A DNA stretch of 64,000 nucleotides from an uncultured Muribaculaceae bacterium. GTDB taxonomy: Bacteria > Bacillota_I > Bacilli_A > RF39 > UBA660. Shown piece after piece: positions 8,534-17,945 of this stretch (positions within the stretch are counted from its first letter, which is position 1; every line of letters starts with the position of its first letter). Both the position numbers and the translations under genes were made by a program. A model generated the notes under the pieces. The model saw nothing but the letters and a program-made list of their open reading frames with translations, was not told the origin of the DNA and ran no database searches. The stretch lies in NCBI GenBank assembly GCA_964369355.1, contig CAYJEO010000002.1, positions 5 through 64,004 of the forward strand. The letters run 5' to 3'.

Positions 8534-10804
8534 ATGCCTAATTTACATTTTCCACTAGCAGGATTAATAATAATGTTAATGCTGATGCTAGTTTATTTTA
8601 CAAAAAATAGAGTTGATACATTCGAAACAAAAATATATTCTTATATAGTTTTTACTAGTTTTTTGATTTCGTTATTCACCACGGCTATTATATTTTTAAA
8701 TTATACATTACCAGATAGTTACCTAATTATATTGTTCAATCAAATAGATTTTATAGTATTATGGTTTTGGGTTTGGTTACTGTTTGTATATACTTATAAT
8801 ATCTCTTTTGAAGTTAAGGAAAAATATAATAATTGGGCTATTAAATCCACCTTTTATATAAATGTAGCCTTTGTTTTATGTTTTTGGTTTCTACCTGTTG
8901 AGTTAATAAATGAAAATAATGTAATGACTGCAACAGGACTTGGTGTCGATATAGCGTATGCCGGAGCAGCTTTCTATCTTATTATTTCTATTATTTGTTT
9001 GATAATGAATAAAAGTAAAATAGCAAACACAAAGTATTTTCCTGTTTATATGTTCCTTATTACCAGTATAATAAACTTGTATTTAAGAGTAGCAGATCCA
9101 ACTATTGTATTTATTTCATTCGGAATAGCTTTTACAACATTGCTAATGTACCACACTATAGAAAATCCAGATGTTAAAATGATAGAGCAAATTGCACAAG
9201 CAAAAGAATATGCAGAAAAAGCAAATAGAGCAAAAACAGACTTCTTATCAAGTATGTCACATGAAATAAGAACACCTTTAAATGCTATTATAGGGTTTTC
9301 TGAGTGTATTAAAGCAGAAGATGATACAGAAGAAATGAAAAGAGATGCTGATGATATTATAATGGCTTCTCAAAACTTACTTGAAATAGTAAATGGTATA
9401 TTAGATATATCTAAAATAGAAGCTAATAAAATGGAAATAGTTAATCAAAATTATCATTTAGAACATCATTTAAATAATATATCTAAATTAGTAATTCCAA
9501 GAATTGGAGAAAAACCAATTCAATTAAAAACACATTTTTCAGAAGATTTACCAGCAACTATGTACGGTGATATAGGAAAAATTAAACAAATAATTACTAA
9601 TATATTAACTAATGCAGTTAAATATACAGAATCAGGCTATGTAATATTTTCAGTTACTTGTATTAATGAAGGTGATAATTCATCATTAGTTATCACTATA
9701 GAAGATACAGGTAGAGGAATTAGAACTGAAAAAATACAAACATTGTTTACAAAGTTTAATAGATTAGACGAAGATAAAAATGGTACGATTGAAGGTACTG
9801 GATTAGGACTTGCTATTACTAAATCATTAGTAGAAATGCTAGGTGGTAAAATAGTAGTATCATCTAATTATGGTGAAGGTACTAAATTTAGTGTTTATTT
9901 ACAACAAAAAATAGTAAAATTACATGAAGGTGCAGAAGAAAAAAACATGAGAGAAATGTCTCATGATGTAGATTTTTCTGGAATGAAAGTATTATTAGTA
10001 GATGATAATAAATTAAACTTAAAAGTAGCAGACAAACTAATAAAAAAATATAATATCGAAACTGAATCAATTGACTCAGGTTTAGAATGTATAGATAAAA
10101 TAAAATTAGGATTTAATTATGATTTAATTTTATTAGATGATATGATGCCAATATTAAGTGGACAAGAAACTTTAGTTCATTTAAAAGAAATAAGTAACTT
10201 CAATATACCAGTAGTAGCATTAACAGCAAATGCTATATCTGGAATGAAAGAAATGTATATCGAAAAAGGTTTTGATGATTATTTAGCAAAACCTATAGAT
10301 AAAGAAGAATTATTAAAAGTATTTTATAGATTCTTAACACCAAGTCATTTAAATAAAACTGTTGAGGTATTAAGTTTAAATAAAGAAAAACAAGAAAAAA
10401 TAAAACAAGACTCTGTAGAACAATATTTAAGTAAAAATGATAATTACCTAAATGTTAATTATTTAGAAGATAATAATGTTAATTTAGAATATTCTTTAAG
10501 TTTATTAGGAGATATGGAAATGTATAATGAAACATTAACTGACTTCTTAGAAACTATAGAAGAAAAAAAATCAAACATTACTAAATTTAAAAATGAACTT
10601 GATATGAATAATTATGCAATATTAGTACATTCATTAAAAAGTGATTCTAAATATTTAGGATTACTAGATTTAGCAGATGTTGCATATGAACATGAATTAA
10701 AAAGTAAAGAAAACGATACAGAATTTGTAATAAATAACTTTGATAGTTTAATTAAAAAACTAGAAATAACTATTGAAATGTTAAATAAATATATAAAAAA
10801 GTAA
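8534..10804 (+). CDS. Hybrid sensor histidine kinase (multi-TM sensor, HisKA, HATPase_c, REC, HPt)
   Basis: About 6-7 N-terminal hydrophobic helices. H-box [10 protein letters not shown]-box NAVKYT, G-boxes DTGRGI and GTGLGL. REC domain VLLVDDN...LLDDMMP...ALTANA...AKP. C-terminal HPt [14 protein letters not shown] aaaggagg lies 18 nt after the PPTase stop with no terminator between them. Confidence 0.85.
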   Translation: MPNLHFPLAGLIIMLMLMLVYFTKNRVDTFETKIYSYIVFTSFLISLFTTAIIFLNYTLPDSYLIILFNQIDFIVLWFWVWLLFVYTYNISFEVKEKYNNWAIKSTFYINVAFVLCFWFLPVELINENNVMTATGLGVDIAYAGAAFYLIISIICLIMNKSKIANTKYFPVYMFLITSIINLYLRVADPTIVFISFGIAFTTLLMYHTIENPDVKMIEQIAQAKEYAEKANRAKTDFLSSMSHEIRTPLNAIIGFSECIKAEDDTEEMKRDADDIIMASQNLLEIVNGILDISKIEANKMEIVNQNYHLEHHLNNISKLVIPRIGEKPIQLKTHFSEDLPATMYGDIGKIKQIITNILTNAVKYTESGYVIFSVTCINEGDNSSLVITIEDTGRGIRTEKIQTLFTKFNRLDEDKNGTIEGTGLGLAITKSLVEMLGGKIVVSSNYGEGTKFSVYLQQKIVKLHEGAEEKNMREMSHDVDFSGMKVLLVDDNKLNLKVADKLIKKYNIETESIDSGLECIDKIKLGFNYDLILLDDMMPILSGQETLVHLKEISNFNIPVVALTANAISGMKEMYIEKGFDDYLAKPIDKEELLKVFYRFLTPSHLNKTVEVLSLNKEKQEKIKQDSVEQYLSKNDNYLNVNYLEDNNVNLEYSLSLLGDMEMYNETLTDFLETIEEKKSNITKFKNELDMNNYAILVHSLKSDSKYLGLLDLADVAYEHELKSKENDTEFVINNFDSLIKKLEITIEMLNKYIKK

Positions 10805-10807
10805 TTT

Positions 10808-10832
10808 AAAAGCAAATAAATTGCTTTTTTTA
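10808..10832 (+). terminator. Intrinsic terminator after the kinase gene
   Basis: aaaagcaa/ttgctttt stem with a 5-nt loop and a T-tract. Confidence 0.6.
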
Positions 10833-10878
10833 TTTACTATAATTTTAGATACTGTTATAATTTAAATAGGTGATATAT

Positions 10879-11862
10879 ATGAAAAAATCAATATTAACAG
10901 GACTACAACCAACAGGAGAATTAACCATTGGTAACTATTTAGGTTCAATAAGACAGATGGCAAAACTACAAGATGAATTTGAATCATTTTTATTTGTAGC
11001 TGATATGCACGCTTTAACAGTGCCACAAGATAAAGAACTATTACACTTTAGATTAAAAAGTACAATTGCATTATATTTAGCATGCGGAATTGACCCTTTG
11101 AAAAACACAATATACTTACAATCAGAAAATGAATACCATGCTAATATATCTTGGATTTTAGAATGTAATACACCATTTGGTGAATTATCAAGAATGACAC
11201 AATTTAAAGATAAAAGTAGTAAATCAAAAAACTTTTCAGCAGGGCTATTTACTTATCCAGTATTAATGGCAGCAGATATAATTACATATGATGTTGACTT
11301 TGTACCAGTAGGTCAAGACCAAAAACAACACTTAGAATTAGCAAGAAATATAGCTCAAAATTTTAATAAAAAATATGGTGAGTCATTTAAAGTACCAGAA
11401 CCATTTATTCCAAAACAAGGAACAAAAATAATGGACTTAATAGATCCTACTAAAAAAATGAGTAAATCATCTGATAATAAAAAAACAGTAATTTATTTAT
11501 TAGATGATGAGAAAACTATTAGAAAAAATATAATGGGAGCAACAACTGATAGTGAAATGATCGTAAAATATGATGTTGAAAACAAACCAGGAATATCTAA
11601 TTTACTTACAATCGTATCTTCATTTAATGATGAAACTATCGAAAGTATAGAACAAAAATTTGAAAATAAAACATACGGAGAATTTAAAAAATATGTTGCT
11701 GATGTATTAGTAGAAAAACTAACAGATATTCAAAATAAATATAATGAATACCTAAAAAGTGATATAATTGATAAAATATTAGACGAAGGAATAATTAAAT
11801 CAAGAAGTATAGCAAAAGCAAAATTAGACTTACTAAAACAAAGAATAGGACTTTATAGATAA
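10879..11862 (+). CDS. trpS: Tryptophan--tRNA ligase
   Basis: Class I motifs TIGN (HIGH-like) and KMSKS. The whole sequence has TrpRS character (GLQPTGELTIGNYLG, VPVGQDQKQHLEL). ATG 10879 follows aggtga. Confidence 0.9.
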   Translation: MKKSILTGLQPTGELTIGNYLGSIRQMAKLQDEFESFLFVADMHALTVPQDKELLHFRLKSTIALYLACGIDPLKNTIYLQSENEYHANISWILECNTPFGELSRMTQFKDKSSKSKNFSAGLFTYPVLMAADIITYDVDFVPVGQDQKQHLELARNIAQNFNKKYGESFKVPEPFIPKQGTKIMDLIDPTKKMSKSSDNKKTVIYLLDDEKTIRKNIMGATTDSEMIVKYDVENKPGISNLLTIVSSFNDETIESIEQKFENKTYGEFKKYVADVLVEKLTDIQNKYNEYLKSDIIDKILDEGIIKSRSIAKAKLDLLKQRIGLYR

Positions 11863-11888
11863 TAGATTATATCTATTATTTTTTTTAT
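11863..11888 (+). terminator. Intrinsic terminator after trpS
   Basis: atagat/atctat stem followed by a T-tract. Confidence 0.5.
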
Positions 11889-11975
11889 GGTATAATTAAT
11901 TTAGAAAGAATATTTCAAAAATTTAAATTTTTTTAATTTTTTTGCAACATTTATGCAATCTTAATTGTATTAGTA

Positions 11976-12461
11976 ATGAGAGGTGATTTGGTGAACACTA
12001 TGTCAAATAGTGAATTCATTGAAATTTATGAAAAAAATATAGATACTATATATCAAGTATGTTATATGTTTATGAAAAATAAACATGATACAGAAGATGC
12101 TGTTCAAACTACATTTTTAAAACTATTTAAATCAAATATGAAATTTGAAACAGAAGAACATGCTAAAGCTTGGTTAATAGTAACAGCAAGTAATACTTGT
12201 AAAAATAATTTAAAATATTGGTTTAAAAAACAAGTAACATCTTTAATAGAAGAAATTCCTGTAACTAAAAAAGAAGATAATACTTTAAATATAATTTTAA
12301 AACTTCCAGAAAAATATAAACTAATATTTTATATGTATTACTATCAAGGATACAAAACAAAAGAAATAGCCGAAATATTAAATATCAATGAATCAACAAT
12401 CCGATCTCATCTACATCGCGGAAGAGACTACTTAAAAGAAATTATAAAGGAGGGGTTTTAG
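11976..12461 (+). CDS. ECF-type sigma-70 family RNA polymerase sigma factor
   Basis: Region 2 (DTEDAVQTTFLKLF) and the region 4 HTH (YKTKEIAEILNINESTIRSHLHRGRDYL). The start is ambiguous: ATG 11976, GTG 11991 or ATG 12000, with SD gagaggtga at 11979-11987. Confidence 0.8.
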   Translation: MRGDLVNTMSNSEFIEIYEKNIDTIYQVCYMFMKNKHDTEDAVQTTFLKLFKSNMKFETEEHAKAWLIVTASNTCKNNLKYWFKKQVTSLIEEIPVTKKEDNTLNIILKLPEKYKLIFYMYYYQGYKTKEIAEILNINESTIRSHLHRGRDYLKEIIKEGF

Positions 12462-12841
12462 TGGATAAATTTAAAAACTCACTAAACAGTATTCTTCCAA
12501 GTACAAGCGAAAAAGAAATTATGCTTAATAATATATTAAGACATAAAAAAACTAGTTTTCACAAATATGCATTAACATTAGCAACTGCTTGCTTATCAAT
12601 ACTTGTATATCAAGTTGTAAATGTTGATCAAGTAATGAGTGTTAGAAATATTCAGGTAATTGAATATAATAATACGTGTTATGAACAAATTGGTATTTAT
12701 AATCAAACATCTGCCAATTTAATTTTAGAAGACTTTGTACTAGGGGGAAATTTGTACAAAATTAAAAACAGTGAAAACATAGTAGTTTATAATGAAAACT
12801 ACATGGAATTTAAGAAATGTGAAGGAGAAATTTATGAATAA
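12461..12841 (+). CDS. Putative anti-sigma factor (single-pass membrane protein)
   Basis: The GTG start overlaps the sigma-gene stop by 1 nt. There is one TM helix (YALTLATACLSILVYQV). The call rests on position only; no ZAS motif is present. Confidence 0.4.
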   Translation: MDKFKNSLNSILPSTSEKEIMLNNILRHKKTSFHKYALTLATACLSILVYQVVNVDQVMSVRNIQVIEYNNTCYEQIGIYNQTSANLILEDFVLGGNLYKIKNSENIVVYNENYMEFKKCEGEIYE

Positions 12842-13292
12842 TTTAAAAAAATTAGGACTAGCTTTATTAGCTATAACAGCAACGTTTATGTTAACAGGAT
12901 GTGGATCTTCAAATGTTGAAGGTGAATTAACAGATTTAATGACATCTGTATATGAAGGTGTATCAGAAGAAAACTTACCAGGAATGCTTGGAAATATTGA
13001 AGTAACTGATGAAATGATGCAATATTATATTGGAACAACTGAATTAGAAGTAAAAGAAATTTTAGCAAGTGAATCAGGAATTGGTTCAGTAGCACACTCA
13101 ATCGTATTATTAAGAGTTGAAGGTGATGTAGAAGAAGCTAAAACGAAAATAGAAGAAAACGTTGATCCAAGAAAATGGATTTGTGTAGAAGCAGAAGAAG
13201 TTATCGTTGATTCAAAAGGAGATTTAATTATCTTAATAATGACAAGTGCAGATAACGCAGAAACAATACATAATAATTTCAAAAATTTATAA
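12834..13292 (+). CDS. DUF4358-like lipoprotein
   Basis: Signal peptide plus lipobox LTGC|GSS. ATG 12834 follows SD aaggagaaa. The overall pattern (LPGMLG..VTDEMM..., VLLRVEGDVEEAKTKIEENV, GDLIILIMTS) resembles DUF4358 as I remember it. Confidence 0.6.
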   Translation: MNNLKKLGLALLAITATFMLTGCGSSNVEGELTDLMTSVYEGVSEENLPGMLGNIEVTDEMMQYYIGTTELEVKEILASESGIGSVAHSIVLLRVEGDVEEAKTKIEENVDPRKWICVEAEEVIVDSKGDLIILIMTSADNAETIHNNFKNL

Positions 13293-13296
13293 AATT

Positions 13297-13323
13297 AAGT
13301 CTTCATTTTGAAGACTTTTCTTT
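13297..13323 (+). terminator. Hairpin with T-tract between the lipoprotein and MBOAT genes
   Basis: aagtcttc/gaagactt forms an 8-bp stem with a 5-nt loop, followed by ttc ttt. Confidence 0.55.
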
Positions 13324-13338
13324 AAAAGGAGAGTAAAT

Positions 13339-14718
13339 ATGTTATTTTCAAGTATTACATTTTTATACTATTTTTTACCAATATTACTAATAATTTATTT
13401 TTTAGTTAAAAATAAATACAAAAATTTAATTTTATTTATATTTAGTTTACTATTTTACTTTTATGGTGAACCTAAATATATAATTATTTTATTACTATCT
13501 TGTTTTATAAACTATAAACTAGCTTTATTAATAGAAGAAAGTAATAATAAAAAACTATATTTAAATATAGCTATTGTCTATAATGTAGGACAATTATTAT
13601 ATTTTAAATATACAGACTTTTTTATAGAAAACATTAATAATATATTTAATTTAGATATTAACTTATTAAGAGTAATAATGCCTATCGGAATATCTTTTTT
13701 CACATTCCAAACACTATCTTACGTAATAGATGTATATAAAAAAGAAGTTAAAGCAAGTAAAAGTTTTTTAAACTTTGCAACATACGTATCTTTATTTCCA
13801 CAATTAGTTGCAGGACCAATTGTTAGATATACTACAATCGATGAGGAATTAAAGAGTAGAACTACTAATTACACCTTATTTTCAAAAGGTGTAAAACGTT
13901 TTATATCAGGATTAGCAAAGAAAGTATTAATAGCAAATATAATAGGCCAATTATGTAGTTTACTAACTAATATGACTACAATTACAGTAGTATCTTCTTG
14001 GTTAAATGCAATAGGATTTACACTACAAATATACTTTGATTTTTCAGGATATTCAGATATGGCCATAGGATTAGGATTAATGTTTGGATTTCACTTTTTA
14101 GAAAACTTTAATTATCCTTTTATTGCTTCATCAATTACAGACTTTTGGAGAAGATGGCATATATCATTATCAAGTTTTTTTAAAGACTATATATATATCC
14201 CGCTAGGTGGTAGTAAAGTATCTAAATTAAAGATGTTTAGAAATATTTTAATAGTATGGATGCTTACAGGATTTTGGCATGGAGCCGCTTGGAATTTTAT
14301 TTTCTGGGGATTATATTTTGCAATTATTTTAATAATAGAAAAAATATTCTTACTAAAAAAATTAGAAAAAACAAAAATTATAAAACACATATATACTTTA
14401 ATTATAGTAATAATAAGTTTTGTAATATTTAATTCAAACAGTATAGTAGAAATAACTAATACTTTACAAAATATGTTTTTAATAAATGATATACCATTAA
14501 TTAATTTAGAAACAATATATTATTTAAGAAGTTATGCAGTAATTATTTTAATTGCAATATTAGCATCAACACCTTTATTTAAAAATATATATGAAAAAAT
14601 AAAAGAAAATAAAATAATAAATGTATTAGAACCAATTTATTATATGACTTTATTTGTAATAATAACAGCATTTTTAATAGATTCATCATTTAATCCATTT
14701 TTATATTTTAGGTTTTAG
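13339..14718 (+). CDS. MBOAT-family membrane O-acyltransferase (AlgI/PatA/DltB-like)
   Basis: Polytopic membrane protein. Signature motifs FWRRWHISLSSFFKDYIYIPLGG and GFWHGAAWNFIFWG. Confidence 0.85.
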   Translation: MLFSSITFLYYFLPILLIIYFLVKNKYKNLILFIFSLLFYFYGEPKYIIILLLSCFINYKLALLIEESNNKKLYLNIAIVYNVGQLLYFKYTDFFIENINNIFNLDINLLRVIMPIGISFFTFQTLSYVIDVYKKEVKASKSFLNFATYVSLFPQLVAGPIVRYTTIDEELKSRTTNYTLFSKGVKRFISGLAKKVLIANIIGQLCSLLTNMTTITVVSSWLNAIGFTLQIYFDFSGYSDMAIGLGLMFGFHFLENFNYPFIASSITDFWRRWHISLSSFFKDYIYIPLGGSKVSKLKMFRNILIVWMLTGFWHGAAWNFIFWGLYFAIILIIEKIFLLKKLEKTKIIKHIYTLIIVIISFVIFNSNSIVEITNTLQNMFLINDIPLINLETIYYLRSYAVIILIAILASTPLFKNIYEKIKENKIINVLEPIYYMTLFVIITAFLIDSSFNPFLYFRF

Positions 14719-14726
14719 GAGGATTT

Positions 14727-15791
14727 ATGAGAGATAAAATAATTTCAATATCATTTGTACTTATAATTGCAACTTTTGGAATAATTAATATAATTGCTCC
14801 AGATATTTTAATAAGTGAATCCGAAAGAAGAAACTTAGAACAATTACCAGAAATAACATTTGATAGTGTAATGGATACATCATATATGGAAAAGCTAGAT
14901 AGTTACTTACTAGATCAATTTATATTAAGAGACACTTTCAGAAGTATTAAAGCAAATGTTAATTATAACTTATTATTACAACTAGATAATAACGATATAT
15001 ATATAAAAGATGACTATATATTTAAAACTGAATATCCAACTAATTATGATAGTATTAAAAACTTTAACAATAAAATAAATGATATAATATCTAATATTCC
15101 AAATGAAAATATATTTATTGGAATAATACCAGATAAAAATTATTACTTAAATGAACAATTATTTTTACAAATAGATTATGAATATTTATTTAATTACATA
15201 AAAGAAAATAATAATGCATCCTATATTGATTTAACATATCAATTAACATTAGATGATTACTATAAAACAGATACGCACTTCAAACAAGAATCATTAAAAC
15301 CTATAGTTGATACATTAAGTCAGAATTTAAACTTTAATTATAATTTTAATTACACATATAATCAAATAAATGATTTTTATGGAGTATATTATGGTCAGGC
15401 AGCTCTTAACTTAAAACCTGATGTTATTACATATTTAACATCCGAATCAATTAATACTGCCAAAGTAAATTATTTAGATGAAACAGGTTTAGTTTATACC
15501 CTTAATAAAGACACATTAGATAAATATGAAATATATTTAAATGGAGCACAGCCGTTTATAGAAATAATAAATGAAAATGCAAATTCAAATAAAGAATTAG
15601 TAATATTTAGAGATTCATTTTCTAGTAGTTTAACGCCTTTATTAATAGAATCATACACAAAAATAACTTTAATAGATACAAGATATATAACAAGTGATAT
15701 ATATAATGAATTAATTACTTTTGATAATCAAGATATACTATTTTTATACAGTACTTTAATAGTAAATAATTCATCTACTTTAAAAAATTAA
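14727..15791 (+). CDS. AlgX/AlgJ-like (DHHW-family) extracytoplasmic partner of the MBOAT
   Basis: N-terminal TM anchor. YYKTDTHFK matches the (K/R)TDTHW block of AlgX_N/DHHW proteins. It follows the MBOAT gene by 8 nt. Confidence 0.6.
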   Translation: MRDKIISISFVLIIATFGIINIIAPDILISESERRNLEQLPEITFDSVMDTSYMEKLDSYLLDQFILRDTFRSIKANVNYNLLLQLDNNDIYIKDDYIFKTEYPTNYDSIKNFNNKINDIISNIPNENIFIGIIPDKNYYLNEQLFLQIDYEYLFNYIKENNNASYIDLTYQLTLDDYYKTDTHFKQESLKPIVDTLSQNLNFNYNFNYTYNQINDFYGVYYGQAALNLKPDVITYLTSESINTAKVNYLDETGLVYTLNKDTLDKYEIYLNGAQPFIEIINENANSNKELVIFRDSFSSSLTPLLIESYTKITLIDTRYITSDIYNELITFDNQDILFLYSTLIVNNSSTLKN

Positions 15792-15843
15792 ATTCATTTT
15801 AGCAAAAAATTATGATATACTTTTAATGTAGAAAGAGGTGCTT

Positions 15844-16650
15844 ATGTTAGATTTTATAAAAGCAATAATATTTGGAATAGTAGAAGGTATAACAGAATGG
15901 TTACCAGTAAGTAGCACAGGGCATATGATTATATTAGATGAAGTAATTAAAATGGATATAACACCTGAATTTAAAGAATTATTTTTAGTAGTTATACAAC
16001 TAGGTGCAATACTTGCAGTAGCAATCCTTTATTTTAAAAAATTAAATCCTTTTTCAATATCAAAAACAAAAGAAGAAAAAAAAGATACTTGGACTTTATG
16101 GTTTAAAGTAGCTGTTGCATGTATACCAGCAGCGGTAATAGGATTATTATTTGATGATATAATTGATGAATTGTTTTATAATTATATAGTAGTAGCTGTA
16201 ATGTTAATTATTTATGGTGTTATATACGTTGTAATTGAAAGTAAGAACAAAACACCTATAACTAATACCTTAAAAGAAATTACCTTTAATACAGCCTTTT
16301 TAATAGGTATATTTCAAGTACTAGCACTAATACCTGGAACATCTAGATCAGGAGCTACTATAATTGGAGCAATTATATTAGGACTATCAAGAGAAGTAGC
16401 CGCAGAATTTACATTTTTCTTAGCAATACCAGTAATGATAGGTGCAAGTTTATTAAAAATAGTGAAATATGGTGTTGTATTTACACAAACTGAACTAATA
16501 ATAATGGTAATAGGAGTAGTAACTGCTTTTATTACAAGTATAATAGCAATTAAGTGTTTAATGTCATATATCAAGAAAAAAGACTTTAAAGTCTTTGGTT
16601 ATTATAGAATAATACTAGGTATATTAGTTTTATTAATATTTAATATATAA
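15844..16650 (+). CDS. uppP: Undecaprenyl-diphosphate phosphatase
   Basis: GIVEGITEWLPVSSTGH and PGTSRSGATI motifs. ATG 15844 is preferred; GTG 15838 is an alternative. Confidence 0.9.
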   Translation: MLDFIKAIIFGIVEGITEWLPVSSTGHMIILDEVIKMDITPEFKELFLVVIQLGAILAVAILYFKKLNPFSISKTKEEKKDTWTLWFKVAVACIPAAVIGLLFDDIIDELFYNYIVVAVMLIIYGVIYVVIESKNKTPITNTLKEITFNTAFLIGIFQVLALIPGTSRSGATIIGAIILGLSREVAAEFTFFLAIPVMIGASLLKIVKYGVVFTQTELIIMVIGVVTAFITSIIAIKCLMSYIKKKDFKVFGYYRIILGILVLLIFNI

Positions 16651-16672
16651 GAAGTGAAAACTTCTTTTTTTG
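16650..16672 (+). terminator. Intrinsic terminator after uppP
   Basis: agaagt/acttct stem with a gaaa loop and a T7 tract. Confidence 0.55.
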
Positions 16673-16717
16673 TTGAAATTAACTAAATTTTATGTTAGTA
16701 TATAGGCACAATGAGGG

Positions 16718-17944
16718 ATGTATATGCAAAATTTAAATTTAGAACAGCAAATAAATATTATAATGTATGAATTACCACAACAAAAACTAAGTGAAAAAAA
16801 TAAATCTCTTTTGCTTGGTAATAAAGAATTATTACTAAAAGTTATTAAATTAAACTTAAACGTAGTTAATTATCTAGAAGATAGTAAAATTTTAAACGAT
16901 ATAGATGTTATAATTACTATGCTAGAAGCAGAAACACTAAAAAATGAATCGATGCCAAAAAATATCTTTTTTAAAGAAATAATAAAATATGTGAAAAATC
17001 CGAATCATAAAATTAGCTTCAAATTAAAACGAAATATGAGTTTTTATCCTGAAATTCTTTTAAAATCAAGATATAATAATTTACATAAATTATATCCTAA
17101 TTTACTAAAAGAAGTAAAAGAACAATTATTGATAGATAGAAGAATGGAAACTACTAAAAATAGTTTTAATATGACAGAAGAAGAAATTGACGATTTAGTA
17201 AATTTATTTAAAGCATCAAAATTATCATCAACAAATTTTATAAAACAAAATGAAATAGCTAGTAAATTAACTAATCTTCAAACTTTTCTTGAAAGTTATT
17301 CTCCTAAAAAAGAAAATTTATATATAATGCAAGAAGAAGAAAAAAGAAAAAAACTAATTTTGGTTGCTAATAAAATAGTAAATAATCAATTAACAATAAA
17401 ACAATATTGTGATAATGAGGCAACAACATATCCATTGTCATATTTATTACATTATATAGAAGAAGATAGCATTTTAAGAGCTAAAGTAATTCAAAAAATA
17501 TATGAAGCTAAATTAAATAATGAAATAGATACAAAAGATATAATTAAACTACTTACAAGAAGAAAAGCTAATTTAGATTTTAAATATAATTATGATATAA
17601 ACAATGTCAAAACTGAAATTTTAAATTTTAGAAAATCTTTTCAATTAATTGGTGAAAGTAGTAAAAATTTTGATATATTTAAAAGTACAATAAATACTTT
17701 AGAATTATATCTAAAAACATATAATAGAGAAGAAAGTATTAATGAAAAACATGTATATCAAAAATATGATAAACAAACGAATAATATAATAAGAATAAAT
17801 ATTTTAGAACATCACTATGATGAAGCGTTTAATAACTTAAATGAAAACAACAGTATAATTTGTAAAAAAACAGTAACAGATGAAGCTTTAAGAATAGCAA
17901 TAAATGAATTTGTTAAAGATATAAAACAGAAGGAAATGAAGTAG
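16718..17944 (+). CDS. Hypothetical protein, tandem paralog A (DUF4116-like N-terminal repeat plus a conserved C-terminal module)
   Basis: Long ORF. The C-terminal 250 aa aligns with the next gene (LILVANKIVNNQLTIKQYCDNEATTYPLSYL..., AKLNNEIDTKDIIKLLTRRK). An alternative start at ATG 16724 is better spaced from gaggg. Confidence 0.75.
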   Translation: MYMQNLNLEQQINIIMYELPQQKLSEKNKSLLLGNKELLLKVIKLNLNVVNYLEDSKILNDIDVIITMLEAETLKNESMPKNIFFKEIIKYVKNPNHKISFKLKRNMSFYPEILLKSRYNNLHKLYPNLLKEVKEQLLIDRRMETTKNSFNMTEEEIDDLVNLFKASKLSSTNFIKQNEIASKLTNLQTFLESYSPKKENLYIMQEEEKRKKLILVANKIVNNQLTIKQYCDNEATTYPLSYLLHYIEEDSILRAKVIQKIYEAKLNNEIDTKDIIKLLTRRKANLDFKYNYDINNVKTEILNFRKSFQLIGESSKNFDIFKSTINTLELYLKTYNREESINEKHVYQKYDKQTNNIIRINILEHHYDEAFNNLNENNSIICKKTVTDEALRIAINEFVKDIKQKEMK

Positions 17945-17945
17945 T

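Noticed and set aside
10805-10878. Expected T-box leader upstream of trpS
   Set aside because: The intergenic region is only about 70 nt and is occupied by the kinase terminator. It contains no GGTGGTACCGCG-like T-box sequence.
11930-11975. Repeated TGCAA(C/T) motif upstream of the ECF sigma gene as an autoregulated ECF promoter
   Set aside because: No suitably spaced CGT-type -10 element follows. The spacing to any -10-like hexamer is wrong, so there is too little evidence to call it.
12461-12841. Zinc-binding (ZAS) anti-sigma factor assignment
   Set aside because: No HxxxCxxC motif is present. It is kept only as a position-based putative anti-sigma factor at low confidence.
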